DNA of 64,000 nucleotides from Calditrichia bacterium (GCA_963796965.1 CAWCNS010000012.1:61279-125278); one strand, 5' to 3'. Positions 8,204 through 18,720 are shown, counted from the stretch's first letter. A program made the numbers and translations. Notes: generated by a model from the letters alone, not told the origin.

Positions 8204-9451
8204 TTATTCCAAAGAATGGATAATTAGGCCTGATCTTAGTTTGGGTTCAAACCAGGTTGATTTAGGGGGCATCGTTTCACCAGCATCTGCCGTTGCCAGT
8301 AGATCCTCTATACTTGTTGGATAGAGCGTAAAAGCAACAGACATCTCACCTGTATCTACTCTTGCCTCCAGACCCTCAATGCCACGCATTCCACCTACAA
8401 AATCTATGCGTTTGTCCTTCCGCAAGTCTCCAATTCCGAGTATAGGTTTTAATAAATTGTCAGTCAGAATACTTACATCTAATCGTTTTGTGGGATGGTT
8501 GTTGTCCCAGGAGCCCGGGATAGCTGAGAGCCTGTACCACATTCCGTTGAGGTACATACCATAATCATGTCTGACCTTAGGACGATATCCCTCGGAACGA
8601 GCAAATTCACGAACAAGGAATTTTTTTCCAATTTCCTTTATAAAATCCTTTTCACTTAATCCGTTCAGATCTTTCACAACGCGGTTGTAATCCATAATAT
8701 ACATCTGATTATCAGGAAAGATGACAGAGAGAAAATAATTATATTCTTCCTCTCCGCTATGGCTCGAGTTTTTTTCTTTCAGGACATCTGATACCCTGCT
8801 GGCGGCAGCCGAGCGATGATGCCCGTCTGCAACATAGAGTTCCCCGATGTCCGCAAAACCTGATTCAATCTTTGTGATGGTCTCATTGTCTGTTATCGTC
8901 CACAGGGTATGCAGTATACCATCGTCAGATTTAAAATCATATTCAGGTTCTCCTGAACTGGCTGCCGATATTAAGTCATCGAGGGATTTCTCCGCGCGGT
9001 AGGTAAGAAATACCGGACCTGTTTGTGCGTTTAAACTAAGAATATGATTTAGTCGATCATCTTCTTTCTCAATCCGGGTTAATTCATGCTTTTTAATTTT
9101 ATCTTGCTTATACTCCTCACTTGATACACAGGCAACAAGTCCAATCTGAATATGCTCATTCATAATTTGTCGGTAAAGATAGAAGGCCGGTTTCTCTTCC
9201 TGAATAAAAACACCATCATCAATCAATTTGTCCAGATTCTTCCTGCCCTGTGCATAAACCGATTCATCATAGGCATTTGTTTCGGCAGGCAAGTCTATTT
9301 CTGGCTTATTTACATGTAGAAAAGACAGAGGATTGCCACGGGCCAATTCTCGTGCCTCCTCAGTATTAACAACATCATAGGGTGGAGACGCTACTTGTTC
9401 AGCTAATTCCGCCCGGGGACGCCATGCCCGGAATGGTCTGACAATTGACAT
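8204..9451 (-). CDS. DUF1015-family protein
   Basis: MSIVRPFRAWRPR...ASPPYDVV is the signature N-terminus of this family. I moved the start to the ATG at 9451, which is preceded by GGGAG. The longer ORF to 9514 runs through repeat-like sequence. Confidence 0.8.
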   Translation of the reverse strand: MSIVRPFRAWRPRAELAEQVASPPYDVVNTEEARELARGNPLSFLHVNKPEIDLPAETNAYDESVYAQGRKNLDKLIDDGVFIQEEKPAFYLYRQIMNEHIQIGLVACVSSEEYKQDKIKKHELTRIEKEDDRLNHILSLNAQTGPVFLTYRAEKSLDDLISAASSGEPEYDFKSDDGILHTLWTITDNETITKIESGFADIGELYVADGHHRSAAASRVSDVLKEKNSSHSGEEEYNYFLSVIFPDNQMYIMDYNRVVKDLNGLSEKDFIKEIGKKFLVREFARSEGYRPKVRHDYGMYLNGMWYRLSAIPGSWDNNHPTKRLDVSILTDNLLKPILGIGDLRKDKRIDFVGGMRGIEGLEARVDTGEMSVAFTLYPTSIEDLLATADAGETMPPKSTWFEPKLRSGLIIHSLE

Positions 9452-9565
9452 ATTTAAACTCCCATAAATAATATAATTTGAAACTATCAGTAGACGGTAG
9501 ACGGTACCCATCACCCGGTACTGGGCACTGGGTCCAGATTCAATCTAACAAGAATTCCCGTCTTT

Positions 9566-9635
9566 AAATTCTACATTCTTAATTCTTAATTTTAAATTCG
9601 GTTTTCGTGATTCGTAATTGGTAATTTGAAATTAC
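9566..9635. repeat. Degenerate heptanucleotide array (10 units, AATT every 7 nt)
   Basis: aaattct acattct taattct taatttt aaattcg gttttcg tgattcg taattgg taatttg aaattac. Confidence 0.7.
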
Positions 9636-9808
9636 AATAATATAAGTCATCATAACATAAAAAACACCAGAAAAATATTGATTTCCCTTTGACTATAAAT
9701 AAGGGTGGCATTAAATTCGAATGCAGAAATTTTGTAAGAATCCTGACAAAATCTTCTCTTATAACATTAATATAATCAATAAATTAGATTGGTATAATAA
9801 CTTTAAAT

Positions 9809-12800
9809 ATGTCTTTCGCACATTTACATTCACATACAAATTATAGTCTGCTTGATGGTGCCGGTAAAATCCATAAAATGATTGCCGAGACCAAAAGGTT
9901 GGGAATGGATAGTCTGGCCATTACTGATCATGGCAACATGTTTGGAAGTCTTGAATTCTATACAGAGGCAAAAAAAAATGGTATAAAACCTATAATCGGA
10001 TGCGAAGCTTATATTGCTCCCCGCGAAAGAACCTTACATAAAGCCGTAGAAGGGGAATCCCATTCCTATCATCTGGTTCTTCTTGCAAAAAATGAGATCG
10101 GATACAAGAATCTCATAAAGTTAACCTCATATTCTTACCTTCAGGGTTTTTATTATCGTCCACGAATTGATAGAGATTTACTGAAAGAATACTCAGAAGG
10201 ATTGGTTGTCCTATCGGCATGCCTGAAGGGTGAGGTTACATATAAGTTAAGGCGAGGCCGGAGGGAAGCAGCCATCGAAGCTGCTGAATTTTATTTGGAT
10301 GTTTTCGGGGATGACTTTTATTTAGAGATGCAGGATCATGGTATAGAAGAAGAGCATGATGTATATCCTAAAATATATGAACTAGCCAAGGAAATGGGTG
10401 TACCGGTAGTCGCCACAAATGATGTACATTATCTGCATCAAAAAGATTCGCATGCACACGACATTTTATTATGTCTCCAGACAGGGAAGGACCGGGACGA
10501 TCCGAACCGGATGCGTTATAATACAGATCAACTCTACCTAAAATCACCAGAAGAGATGTATCGTCTGTTTAAAGACCATCCGGAAGTCGTAGAACGTACA
10601 TTAGAAGTAGCAGACAAGATCAATCTGGAAATTGATTTTAACAAACGATATTTACCCGAATTTCCTATACCCGAATCTGAAGGTGACGGCTCCCCTGATA
10701 AATATCTGGAGAAATTATCCCGGCTGGGTTTAGAGAAGAAATTTACAGAACTCAATAAGGAAATCGAAGATAGATTGAATTATGAGTTAAATATTATTGA
10801 AAATATGGGTTTTGCCGGATATTTCTTAATTGTTCAGGATTTTATTGATGCTGCGCGGCAACGGGATATTCCTGTAGGATTAGGGCGGGGCTCAGCTGCT
10901 GGCAGTCTGGTTGCCTATGCCCTGGGTATCACGGATGTTGATCCGATTAAATATGATCTCCTTTTTGAACGATTTTTAAATCCAGAGCGCGTATCCATGC
11001 CCGATATCGATATAGATTTTTGCTATGAACGACGCGACGAGGTGATAGAGTATGTTCGTGATAAATATGGTCAGAAAAATGTCGCACAAATCATTACTTT
11101 TGGAACCATGGCATCTCGGGGAGTTATCCGTGACGTCTCCCGTGTATTAAAAATTCCTATAGCGCAGGCTGATGCTATCGCCAAAAAAGTTCCTGTCGTT
11201 CAGGCTAAACCTATGCCTCTGGAAAAGGCTTTCAATACTGTCCCTGAATTAAAAAAAATGAAAGAGGACGATGATGAAAAAATTAAGGAGTTAATTGAAT
11301 ATTCGAAGACCCTGGAAGGTCTTTCACGTCATATGTCCGTACATGCAGCCGGAATTCTCATTGCTCCGGATGACATCACCAATTATGCCCCGCTCTGCCT
11401 TAACTCAGATAAACAAGTCACAACCCAATGGACAATGGGATGGTGTGAGGCAGTGGGTCTGCTGAAAATGGATTTTCTCGGTTTACGTAATTTAACTGTT
11501 ATCCATAACTCAGAAAAGATGATTCGTGCAAAGTATGAACCGGATTTTTCCATCCGAGATATTCCTCTTGATGATGAAAAAACCTATCAATTATTTGGAA
11601 AAGGAAATACGATCGGTATTTTTCAATTTGAAAGTTCTGGTATGCAGGAATATCTACGTAAACTGCAACCGAACAGGATAGAAGATCTGATCGCAATGAA
11701 TGCCCTCTATCGACCGGGTCCGATGGATATGATTGACGATTTTATTGATAGAAAAAAAGGGAAAAAAGAAATAACCTATCTCCATCCCAAACTGGAACCA
11801 ATCCTTAAAGAAACCTATGGAATTATAGTATATCAGGAGCAGGTAATGCGCATTACCTCGGATCTTGGTGGATTTACTCTGGCTGAATCTGATATTATGC
11901 GCCGGATTATGGGAAAAAAGAAAAAAGAGGAGATGGAGGCGCAAAAAGAAAAATTTATCCAGGGATGTATAGATAATAATATCAATAAAAAAATTGCTCA
12001 AGAAGTTGCCGATTTAATTGAAAAGTTTGCATCCTATGGATTTAATAAATCGCATGCGGCTGCCTATGCCCTGATCGCTTATCAAACCGGATATCTCAAG
12101 AGTAATTATCCGGCAGAGTTTATGTCATCCAATCTATCCAGCGAAATGACCAATTCAGACAAAATTGTACTCCTTATTGATGAATGCCGGAAGATGGGGA
12201 TCGAAGTTGTCCCTCCGGATGTAAATCATAGCAAGGCCAAATTTGAACCCCTTGAGCATAATAAAATTGCTTTTGGTATGGCCGCCATAAAAAATGTAGG
12301 ACTAGGTGCCATAGATTCCATTACAACCATACGTGAAAATGAAGGTCGATTTACAAGTCTTTTTCAAATGCTCCAAAAGGTAGATTTGCGTCTGGTTAAT
12401 AAAAAGGTTTTAGAAAGCCTGGCTCAATGTGGTGCCTGTGATAGCCTTGAAGGTAATAGAGCTCAAATATACAATGCGGTGGAATTGGCCATTGATTTTG
12501 GACAGGATTTTCAGGGAAAAAGCAGATCCAATCATAACCAGCATTCAATATTCGATCAGGATCCGGAGGTTGCCGATCTTGTTATCGAGCCTAAATTACC
12601 CGATATTCCTGATTGGACACCCCAGGAAAAGCTAAACAAAGAAAAAGAGTTCCTCGGATTTTATATCTCCGGCCATCCATTAAAAAATTATTCTGCTATA
12701 ATCAGACTTTATTCTACTGACTGGAAAACAACGAACGGTGAATTGTTTGAAAATAAATCCATGGTTGCAATTTCCGGAATAATAACTGAGATCCGGACAC

Positions 12801-13249
12801 TTCTTGATCGTAATAATAATAAGATGGCCTTTGTTAAAGTAGAAGATTTTGAACAGACATATGAAGCGGTTATTTTTGCTTCGGTTTTTCCTGAATATGA
12901 AAGTCTACTCGAGATGGATGCGATGGTGCTTATGAAGGGGAAGATTAACTCAGAGGCTGATGACCCCTTAAAGAAAATTATCTGTGAAGAAGTATACAGT
13001 CTGGAAAAGGTACCTGGTGAATTAACAAAGTCTTTGATGTTGAAAATCGACAAATCTAAAATATCTGAAGAAAAAATTACCTATTTGAAGAATCTTCTCA
13101 ATGCCCACCGTGGTAAAACACCGATCTATTTTCGTGTTGCTCTGAATGGAAAGGACGAGGTAAACATGGTCTCTACAAAAGCTAAAGATTGCCATGTCTA
13201 CAACGTTGATAGAAAAATTGATAGGTATTCTGGATCTGGAAAATATTAA
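9809..13249 (+). CDS. dnaE: DNA polymerase III alpha subunit; the 3' end is probably frame-shifted, with the conserved C-terminus continuing in another frame to 13271
   Basis: PHP domain N-terminus (FAHLHSHTNYSLLDGA), polymerase core, OB fold. See the finding on the C-terminal frame. Confidence 0.95.
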   Translation: MSFAHLHSHTNYSLLDGAGKIHKMIAETKRLGMDSLAITDHGNMFGSLEFYTEAKKNGIKPIIGCEAYIAPRERTLHKAVEGESHSYHLVLLAKNEIGYKNLIKLTSYSYLQGFYYRPRIDRDLLKEYSEGLVVLSACLKGEVTYKLRRGRREAAIEAAEFYLDVFGDDFYLEMQDHGIEEEHDVYPKIYELAKEMGVPVVATNDVHYLHQKDSHAHDILLCLQTGKDRDDPNRMRYNTDQLYLKSPEEMYRLFKDHPEVVERTLEVADKINLEIDFNKRYLPEFPIPESEGDGSPDKYLEKLSRLGLEKKFTELNKEIEDRLNYELNIIENMGFAGYFLIVQDFIDAARQRDIPVGLGRGSAAGSLVAYALGITDVDPIKYDLLFERFLNPERVSMPDIDIDFCYERRDEVIEYVRDKYGQKNVAQIITFGTMASRGVIRDVSRVLKIPIAQADAIAKKVPVVQAKPMPLEKAFNTVPELKKMKEDDDEKIKELIEYSKTLEGLSRHMSVHAAGILIAPDDITNYAPLCLNSDKQVTTQWTMGWCEAVGLLKMDFLGLRNLTVIHNSEKMIRAKYEPDFSIRDIPLDDEKTYQLFGKGNTIGIFQFESSGMQEYLRKLQPNRIEDLIAMNALYRPGPMDMIDDFIDRKKGKKEITYLHPKLEPILKETYGIIVYQEQVMRITSDLGGFTLAESDIMRRIMGKKKKEEMEAQKEKFIQGCIDNNINKKIAQEVADLIEKFASYGFNKSHAAAYALIAYQTGYLKSNYPAEFMSSNLSSEMTNSDKIVLLIDECRKMGIEVVPPDVNHSKAKFEPLEHNKIAFGMAAIKNVGLGAIDSITTIRENEGRFTSLFQMLQKVDLRLVNKKVLESLAQCGACDSLEGNRAQIYNAVELAIDFGQDFQGKSRSNHNQHSIFDQDPEVADLVIEPKLPDIPDWTPQEKLNKEKEFLGFYISGHPLKNYSAIIRLYSTDWKTTNGELFENKSMVAISGIITEIRTLLDRNNNKMAFVKVEDFEQTYEAVIFASVFPEYESLLEMDAMVLMKGKINSEADDPLKKIICEEVYSLEKVPGELTKSLMLKIDKSKISEEKITYLKNLLNAHRGKTPIYFRVALNGKDEVNMVSTKAKDCHVYNVDRKIDRYSGSGKY

Positions 13250-13267
13250 AATTCAGGTGAAGCCAAA

Positions 13268-13708
13268 TTGAAAGTAGTTGTTCAAAGAGTGAGTTCTGCT
13301 TCCGTAAGGATTGATGGTCGGACAGTAGGTGAGATTGGTCAAGGATTGGTACTTCTGGTTGGGGTTGCGGAGTCGGATTCGAAAACAGAGATAGAATTTG
13401 TTGCGAATAAATGCGCTGAATTACGTATATTTCAGGATGATCAGCAAAAGATGAATTTATCGCTCCTTGAAGTTGGAGGTGAAATTCTATCAATTTCCCA
13501 ATTTACCCTGCTGGGTGATACAAAAAAAGGTCGCAGACCCAGTTTTATAAAGGCTGCAGAACCAGACAAAGCAGATGAATATTATCAATATTTTAATCAC
13601 TTGCTTACACAAAGAGGAATAAAAGTAGAAAAAGGCATATTTGGAGCGATGATGGATGTTGAATTAATAAATGATGGCCCCGTAACTTTAATTGTAGAAT
13701 CCAAGTAA
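13268..13708 (+). CDS. dtd: D-aminoacyl-tRNA deacylase
   Basis: 146 aa with a TTG start. Has KVVVQRV, SQFTLLGDTKKGRRPSF and NDGPVTL motifs. Confidence 0.9.
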   Translation: MKVVVQRVSSASVRIDGRTVGEIGQGLVLLVGVAESDSKTEIEFVANKCAELRIFQDDQQKMNLSLLEVGGEILSISQFTLLGDTKKGRRPSFIKAAEPDKADEYYQYFNHLLTQRGIKVEKGIFGAMMDVELINDGPVTLIVESK

Positions 13709-13730
13709 TTCAAAACTTAGTAAATGTATT

Positions 13731-14504
13731 ATGAAAATAGTTGATTTAATAAGAGATTTTTGGTGGGCAAAACTAAGTGTCATTTTTTTAGGCCTTGTGC
13801 TAGTAGCGTTTCTGGTGGATAAGGTGATTATGCCCTTGTATGTGGATCTGGGAAATGAGACAGAACTTCCTGATGTAATAGAAATGTCTCTCAGTGAAGC
13901 AACAAATTTATTAGAGGAGAAGGGCTTTCAGATTGTGGTGAAAGACTCCCTCTTTGATGCCAAACATGATGTAGGCACCGTAATCGAACAAAATCCATAT
14001 CCCTATGCAACAGTAAAAGAGGGTCGGCGGGTATATTTAACTGTTTCGATTGGAGAAAAACCGATCATTATGCCAAACTTATTCGGTGTCTCTCCTCGTG
14101 AAGCAGAACTTATTCTGGAGACCTTTAGACTAAAGTTGGGTTCTAAATTCTACGTGCCAAATGAGAGATATTATGAAGGAACCGTAATGAGCCAGTCTTA
14201 CCCTCAGGGTCAGGAAATAAAATCTGGTTCTAAAATTGATATCATCATTAGTCTCGGTCAGATTAGCAAGGATGCTATCGTACCTGATCTGGTAGGTAAA
14301 AGTTTGCATGAGGCCCGGGAACGACTAAAGGCTGTCGATCTTGAAATTGGCGAGATTGTCTGGGAGGAAAGGGATAATATATTACCCGAGACAATCATAT
14401 CGCAGTCGATACCAGCAGGCCAAACCTTTGTGGAAGAAGAAACCATTATACTGGTAGTCAGTAAGGAAATGTCTCCGGAGTCAGAAAAGGCGAAAAATGA
14501 ATAA
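13731..14504 (+). CDS. Membrane-anchored protein with three PASTA domains (no kinase or PBP domain)
   Basis: N-terminal TM helix, then three units of about 65 aa of PASTA type (PDVIEMSLSEA...VYLTVS; MPNLFGVSPREA...IDIIIS; VPDLVGKSLHEA...IILVVS). Confidence 0.8.
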   Translation: MKIVDLIRDFWWAKLSVIFLGLVLVAFLVDKVIMPLYVDLGNETELPDVIEMSLSEATNLLEEKGFQIVVKDSLFDAKHDVGTVIEQNPYPYATVKEGRRVYLTVSIGEKPIIMPNLFGVSPREAELILETFRLKLGSKFYVPNERYYEGTVMSQSYPQGQEIKSGSKIDIIISLGQISKDAIVPDLVGKSLHEARERLKAVDLEIGEIVWEERDNILPETIISQSIPAGQTFVEEETIILVVSKEMSPESEKAKNE

Positions 14505-15168
14505 AGTATTTATTGCCCCATCAATTCTGTCAGCTGATTTGTTAAAACTGGAGGAACAGATAAAGGCTGTTGAAGAGCGGGGTGCCGATTATATCCATGT
14601 TGATATTATGGATGGACATTTTGTACCTAATATCACCTTCGGCCCGGTTATTGTATCTACATTGAAGAGAATAACGGATCTGCCGCTTGATGTTCATTTA
14701 ATGATTTATAACGTGGATCAATACATCCCTCAGTTTGCAAAAGCGGGCGCAGATATCATTACTATTCACCAGGAAGCGGGACCACATCTCCATCGAAGTC
14801 TGCAGCTTATCAAAAGCATGAATGTCAAAGCAGGGGTATCCTTAAATCCTGCTACTGATAACTCTTCAATCTCAGCTGTATTAAATGAGGTGGATTTGGT
14901 ATTGTTAATGACTGTAAATCCAGGGTTTGGTGGGCAAAGTTATATTTCGACAGTAACAGAAAAGTTAGAGCGACTCTCCGCTACTAAAAAAGATAAGAAC
15001 TATTCTTTTCTTATTGAGGTGGATGGTGGCATCAAAGCGGAGACAATCCCGGAGGTTGTTAAGGCAGGAGCAGAGGTACTGGTTGCAGGCAATGCCATAT
15101 TTGCACAATCAGATCCAGGAATAGCCTGTGAAAAATTAAAAAAAATGGCTAATGATGCGTTAAAATAA
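14497..15168 (+). CDS. rpe: Ribulose-phosphate 3-epimerase
   Basis: IAPSILSADLLKL, HVDIMDGHFVPN, MTVNPGFGGQ and VDGGI motifs. Confidence 0.95.
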   Translation: MNKVFIAPSILSADLLKLEEQIKAVEERGADYIHVDIMDGHFVPNITFGPVIVSTLKRITDLPLDVHLMIYNVDQYIPQFAKAGADIITIHQEAGPHLHRSLQLIKSMNVKAGVSLNPATDNSSISAVLNEVDLVLLMTVNPGFGGQSYISTVTEKLERLSATKKDKNYSFLIEVDGGIKAETIPEVVKAGAEVLVAGNAIFAQSDPGIACEKLKKMANDALK

Positions 15169-15213
15169 CCCTATTCTCTCAAAAAGTGATAGGACAATTT
15201 TACGTGAATAAAT

Positions 15214-15804
15214 ATGGATTCATCCGATCGGTTAAAAGTTTTACCAGAGATAATACGCAAAAGTATTCATCTGGGTTGTAGTATTCTTCCTTTGCTATAT
15301 TATTTTTATCTTAGCAGGGAACAAATTATAATATTAAGCAGTATTATAAGCATTATACTTATAATCTCTGAGTATCTCCGTTACCGCTTCAATGGTACCC
15401 GTAAATTATTTCATATGGTTTTCGGATTCCTGCTCAGAGAAGATGAAAAAGACAAAACGATTACAGGAGCATCCTACTTATTTATATCTGCTACCGTTAC
15501 TTTTTTAATATTTGAAAAAAATATTGCCATCCCGGCAGTACTGGTCTTAACGATTTCAGATTCATTAGCCGCTATTGTAGGGAAAGCAACAGTTTCTCCA
15601 AAATTCATTGGAAAATCTGTTGCAGGATCTGTTACATTCTTTTTTTTTACAGGATGTATACTGATAATTCTTGTTCCGGGTAAGGCAGTCTTCATGGTAA
15701 CGGTTGCGGCCCTTCTTACTATTCTTGAAGCCCTTCCGTTAAAAATCAATGACAATATCTTGATCCCGTTAGCAACAGGGATTATTTTGTATCTGGTAAT
15801 TTAA
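15214..15804 (+). CDS. Polytopic membrane protein, CTP-dependent polyprenol/diacylglycerol kinase-like (SEC59/DGK1/VTE5-type)
   Basis: 196 aa with about 6 TM helices. IRKSIHL and ISDSLAAIVGK motifs resemble the cytidylyltransferase-like kinase family. Confidence 0.45.
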   Translation: MDSSDRLKVLPEIIRKSIHLGCSILPLLYYFYLSREQIIILSSIISIILIISEYLRYRFNGTRKLFHMVFGFLLREDEKDKTITGASYLFISATVTFLIFEKNIAIPAVLVLTISDSLAAIVGKATVSPKFIGKSVAGSVTFFFFTGCILIILVPGKAVFMVTVAALLTILEALPLKINDNILIPLATGIILYLVI

Positions 15805-15806
15805 TC

Positions 15807-16805
15807 ATGAGTGGAAAAATGGTGAAAATAAAAATTACATTGTTCCTTCTGGTTGCCTGTTTTACCTCACTTCAAGCGGATGGGTTTAAAAAGTATGCAG
15901 GAGAATTTCTGTCTGCCGGCGTTGGTAGTCGTGCACTTGGTATGGCCGGTGCTTTTGTTGCTGTTGCAAACGATGTAACCGCTGGTTATTGGAACCCAGC
16001 CGGTCTGACTGAATCGCGTGGTCTACAGTTTCAGTTTATGCATGCTAAACAGTTTATGAGTTCAATCCAGTATGATTATTTTGGTAGTTCAAAAAAGTTG
16101 AGTGAGAACTCTGCTCTCGGTCTTTCCCTGATCAGGTGGGGGATTAATGATATAAAAGATACACGAAATGCACTAAATGGAAGTACCATAAGCGAGGGTC
16201 TCGATTATTCAAAAATAACCTCATTCAATATAGCAGATTATGTGTTTTATGTCAGTTATGCACATATGTATACTGAAAAATTATCTCTTGGTGCCAATGT
16301 TAAAATCATTTATCGTGATTATGACTCGGAAACGGCAATGGGAATTGGTTTTGATGCAGGATTAAAATACAGGTTAGCGGCAGGTCTCGATTTGGGCTTG
16401 ATGGTCAGAGATATAACAACAACGATGATGGCCTGGAGCACCAACGAAAAAGAATTTGTAGCACCCTCGTTTAGACCGGGAATTTCCTACCGCCTTGATT
16501 TTCATAGTATCGATCTGTATTTACAGCCCTCAATGGATCTGGCAATTTTGCTTGAATCCAGAGATAATTCTGCCCAGCTTGGCCTGGGTCTTCTGAGTGT
16601 AGATTCATTCTGGGGTATGGAAGCTGGATTCAAAGACCTTTTATTTCTCCGATTGGGCTATGATGATCTTTCCCGGTTTAACGCTGGTATTGGCGTTGCT
16701 ATTCAGAAATTTGGTGTAGACTATTCCTATACGAATTTTGATCAGGTACTTGGCAATGTCCATCGTATTTCTTTCTATCTTAGACTTGGTTCAGACGGCA
16801 TTTGA
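15807..16805 (+). CDS. Outer-membrane beta-barrel, PorV/PorQ (UPF0164)-like
   Basis: Signal peptide, then GSRALGMAGAFVAVANDVTAGYWNPAGL, the N-terminal motif typical of this barrel family. Alternating beta-strand pattern. Confidence 0.5.
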   Translation: MSGKMVKIKITLFLLVACFTSLQADGFKKYAGEFLSAGVGSRALGMAGAFVAVANDVTAGYWNPAGLTESRGLQFQFMHAKQFMSSIQYDYFGSSKKLSENSALGLSLIRWGINDIKDTRNALNGSTISEGLDYSKITSFNIADYVFYVSYAHMYTEKLSLGANVKIIYRDYDSETAMGIGFDAGLKYRLAAGLDLGLMVRDITTTMMAWSTNEKEFVAPSFRPGISYRLDFHSIDLYLQPSMDLAILLESRDNSAQLGLGLLSVDSFWGMEAGFKDLLFLRLGYDDLSRFNAGIGVAIQKFGVDYSYTNFDQVLGNVHRISFYLRLGSDGI

Positions 16806-17216
16806 TTAACATTAGAATCACTTCTCAATCCCACAATACGATATCATTATATATTCTCATGATCCTGACTATTCTCATCAGATAATTTCGGTATTAAAAC
16901 AGGAATTGTGCATGGGAACAACAAATTGTCCGGGTCGTTAGTATATATAAGATATTTTTACCAATATCCCTTATTAATATGTGTCAGAATAGGTTTGATA
17001 AATAAAATACTTTCATAAATATAGATAATTGTAATTTTTTTTTGTTGCTGGTAATATTAAATTGGATTGATTCCACAAGATTCTTTAAAATAAGGTCTAT
17101 AAAGTATAAATCATTGTAATATAATTTGTGAAAGTTATTTCTCCTACTTCGCTAAATGGTGAGTGGGAGAAATAATGGTTGCCTCTTTGAATGGGGCAGA
17201 ATAGCAGGAGATAAAA

Positions 17217-18693
17217 ATGGGTAATTTGACACGAAGAAATTTTTTAAAAAACACAACGATAGACTTCTGTTGCATTAGGCATTGGTACCAAGACTGCCAT
17301 CTCTGCATGGTCCAGACCACTGGGCGCCAATGATGATATTCGTCTCGCAATTGTTGGAACGCGGGGGAAAGGTAATGCCCATATACAGGATTTGCTCAAG
17401 ATCAAGGGAGTGAGGATTGCCGCACTTTGTGATGTGGATCCCCAGATACTGAGTGAACGTAAAGAAGAGTTGATGGCAAAAAATATATTGGTTAAAACCT
17501 ATACCGATGTGCGGAAATTACTTGAAGATAAAGAAATTGATGGAATTGTTGTAACAACACCTAATCATTTACACGCCCCGATAACCATTTGGGCTTGTCA
17601 GGCTGGAAAAGATGTCTATGTGGAAAAACCGGTTTCGCATAATGTCTGGGAAGGTCAAATGATGATCAAGGCTGCGCATAAGTATAATCGGATTGTGCAG
17701 TCAGGGATTCAGGCACGGTCAAACAAGGATATCCCCGCTGTTATTGAATATATCAAAGAGGGACATATTGGAAAAATAAAATGGGTTCATGCTTTATGGT
17801 ACAAGAGAAGGGAAAGTATTGGTCTGAAGAATCCCTGGTATCCTAAAGATGTAAATTATGATCTATATTGTGGCCCCTCTGCAATGGTCCCCTTGGAAAG
17901 AAATAGAATTCATTATGATTGGCATTGGATGTGGGGTACAGGTAATGGAGACTTGTGTAATCTTGGCGTTCATATGTTCGATGTCTCACGCTGGATGGCA
18001 GGACATGATAAAGCGCCCGATCGTATTCTCAGTCTTGGGGGACGATTTTCAGTAAATGATGCTGGCGAGACCCCGAATACACAACTGACACTCTTTGACT
18101 ATCCTGAGATTCCTATTATTATGGAGAACCGTGGGCTACCAATGAAACCTGGAGTGAATGCGATGGATCATTTGCGAGGGATTCGTGAAGGAGTGGTCGT
18201 TCAATGTGAAAACGGTTATTACGCTGGATATCATGGTGGTTGGATCTGGGATAACAATGGCAAAAAAGTAAAACAATTTTCTCAGGGGGGTGCGGAATCG
18301 CATATGCCAAATTTTCTGGAATGTATGAGAAATAGAAAATACGATAACCTGCGTGCACCAATCGAAATGGGACATCTATCAACATCTGCTTGTCTGATAG
18401 GTAATATATCGTATAAAACAGGAAAGCCCGCAGTTATTGACCAGATACGGGAAAAACTTAAGAGTCATGAACTGGCATCAGATGCTTTTAATAACATAGT
18501 AAAACACCTTAACAATAATAATGTAGATCTGGAAAATACACCATTGAATTTAGGTCCGTGGTTAACTTTGGATTCAAAAAATTCAAAAATTGAGGCTGTT
18601 AATGGTGTGACCCAGGGGGAAGAACTTGAAAAGGCCAATTTTCAGATGAAAGATGTTTATCGCCCACCCTATGAAATATCACTTGAGACATAG
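17217..18693 (+). CDS. Gfo/Idh/MocA-family oxidoreductase with twin-arginine signal; frame interrupted at about 17260-17263
   Basis: ATG 17217 encodes MGNLTRRNFLKNTT (TAT motif TRRNFLK). The next frame continues TSVALGIGTKTAISAWSRPLGANDDIRLAIVGTRGKGNAHI... (Rossmann GxxGxG-like) into the 433-aa ORF. Confidence 0.75.
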
Positions 18694-18720
18694 TAACCGG
18701 GAATTGCAGGAGAAGATGCC

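Noticed and set aside
9452-9514. The longer N-terminus (MMGTVYRLLIVSNYIIYGSLN) of the DUF1015 ORF
   Set aside because: The family signature starts at MSIVRPF, which has its own GGGAG-ATG context. The extension runs into GC-rich repeat-like sequence (GTAGACGGTAGACGGTACCC).
13160-13271. Programmed ribosomal frameshifting in dnaE
   Set aside because: Programmed frameshifting is known for dnaX, not dnaE. There is no slippery heptamer with a downstream structure here, and similar breaks occur in many unrelated genes in the window.
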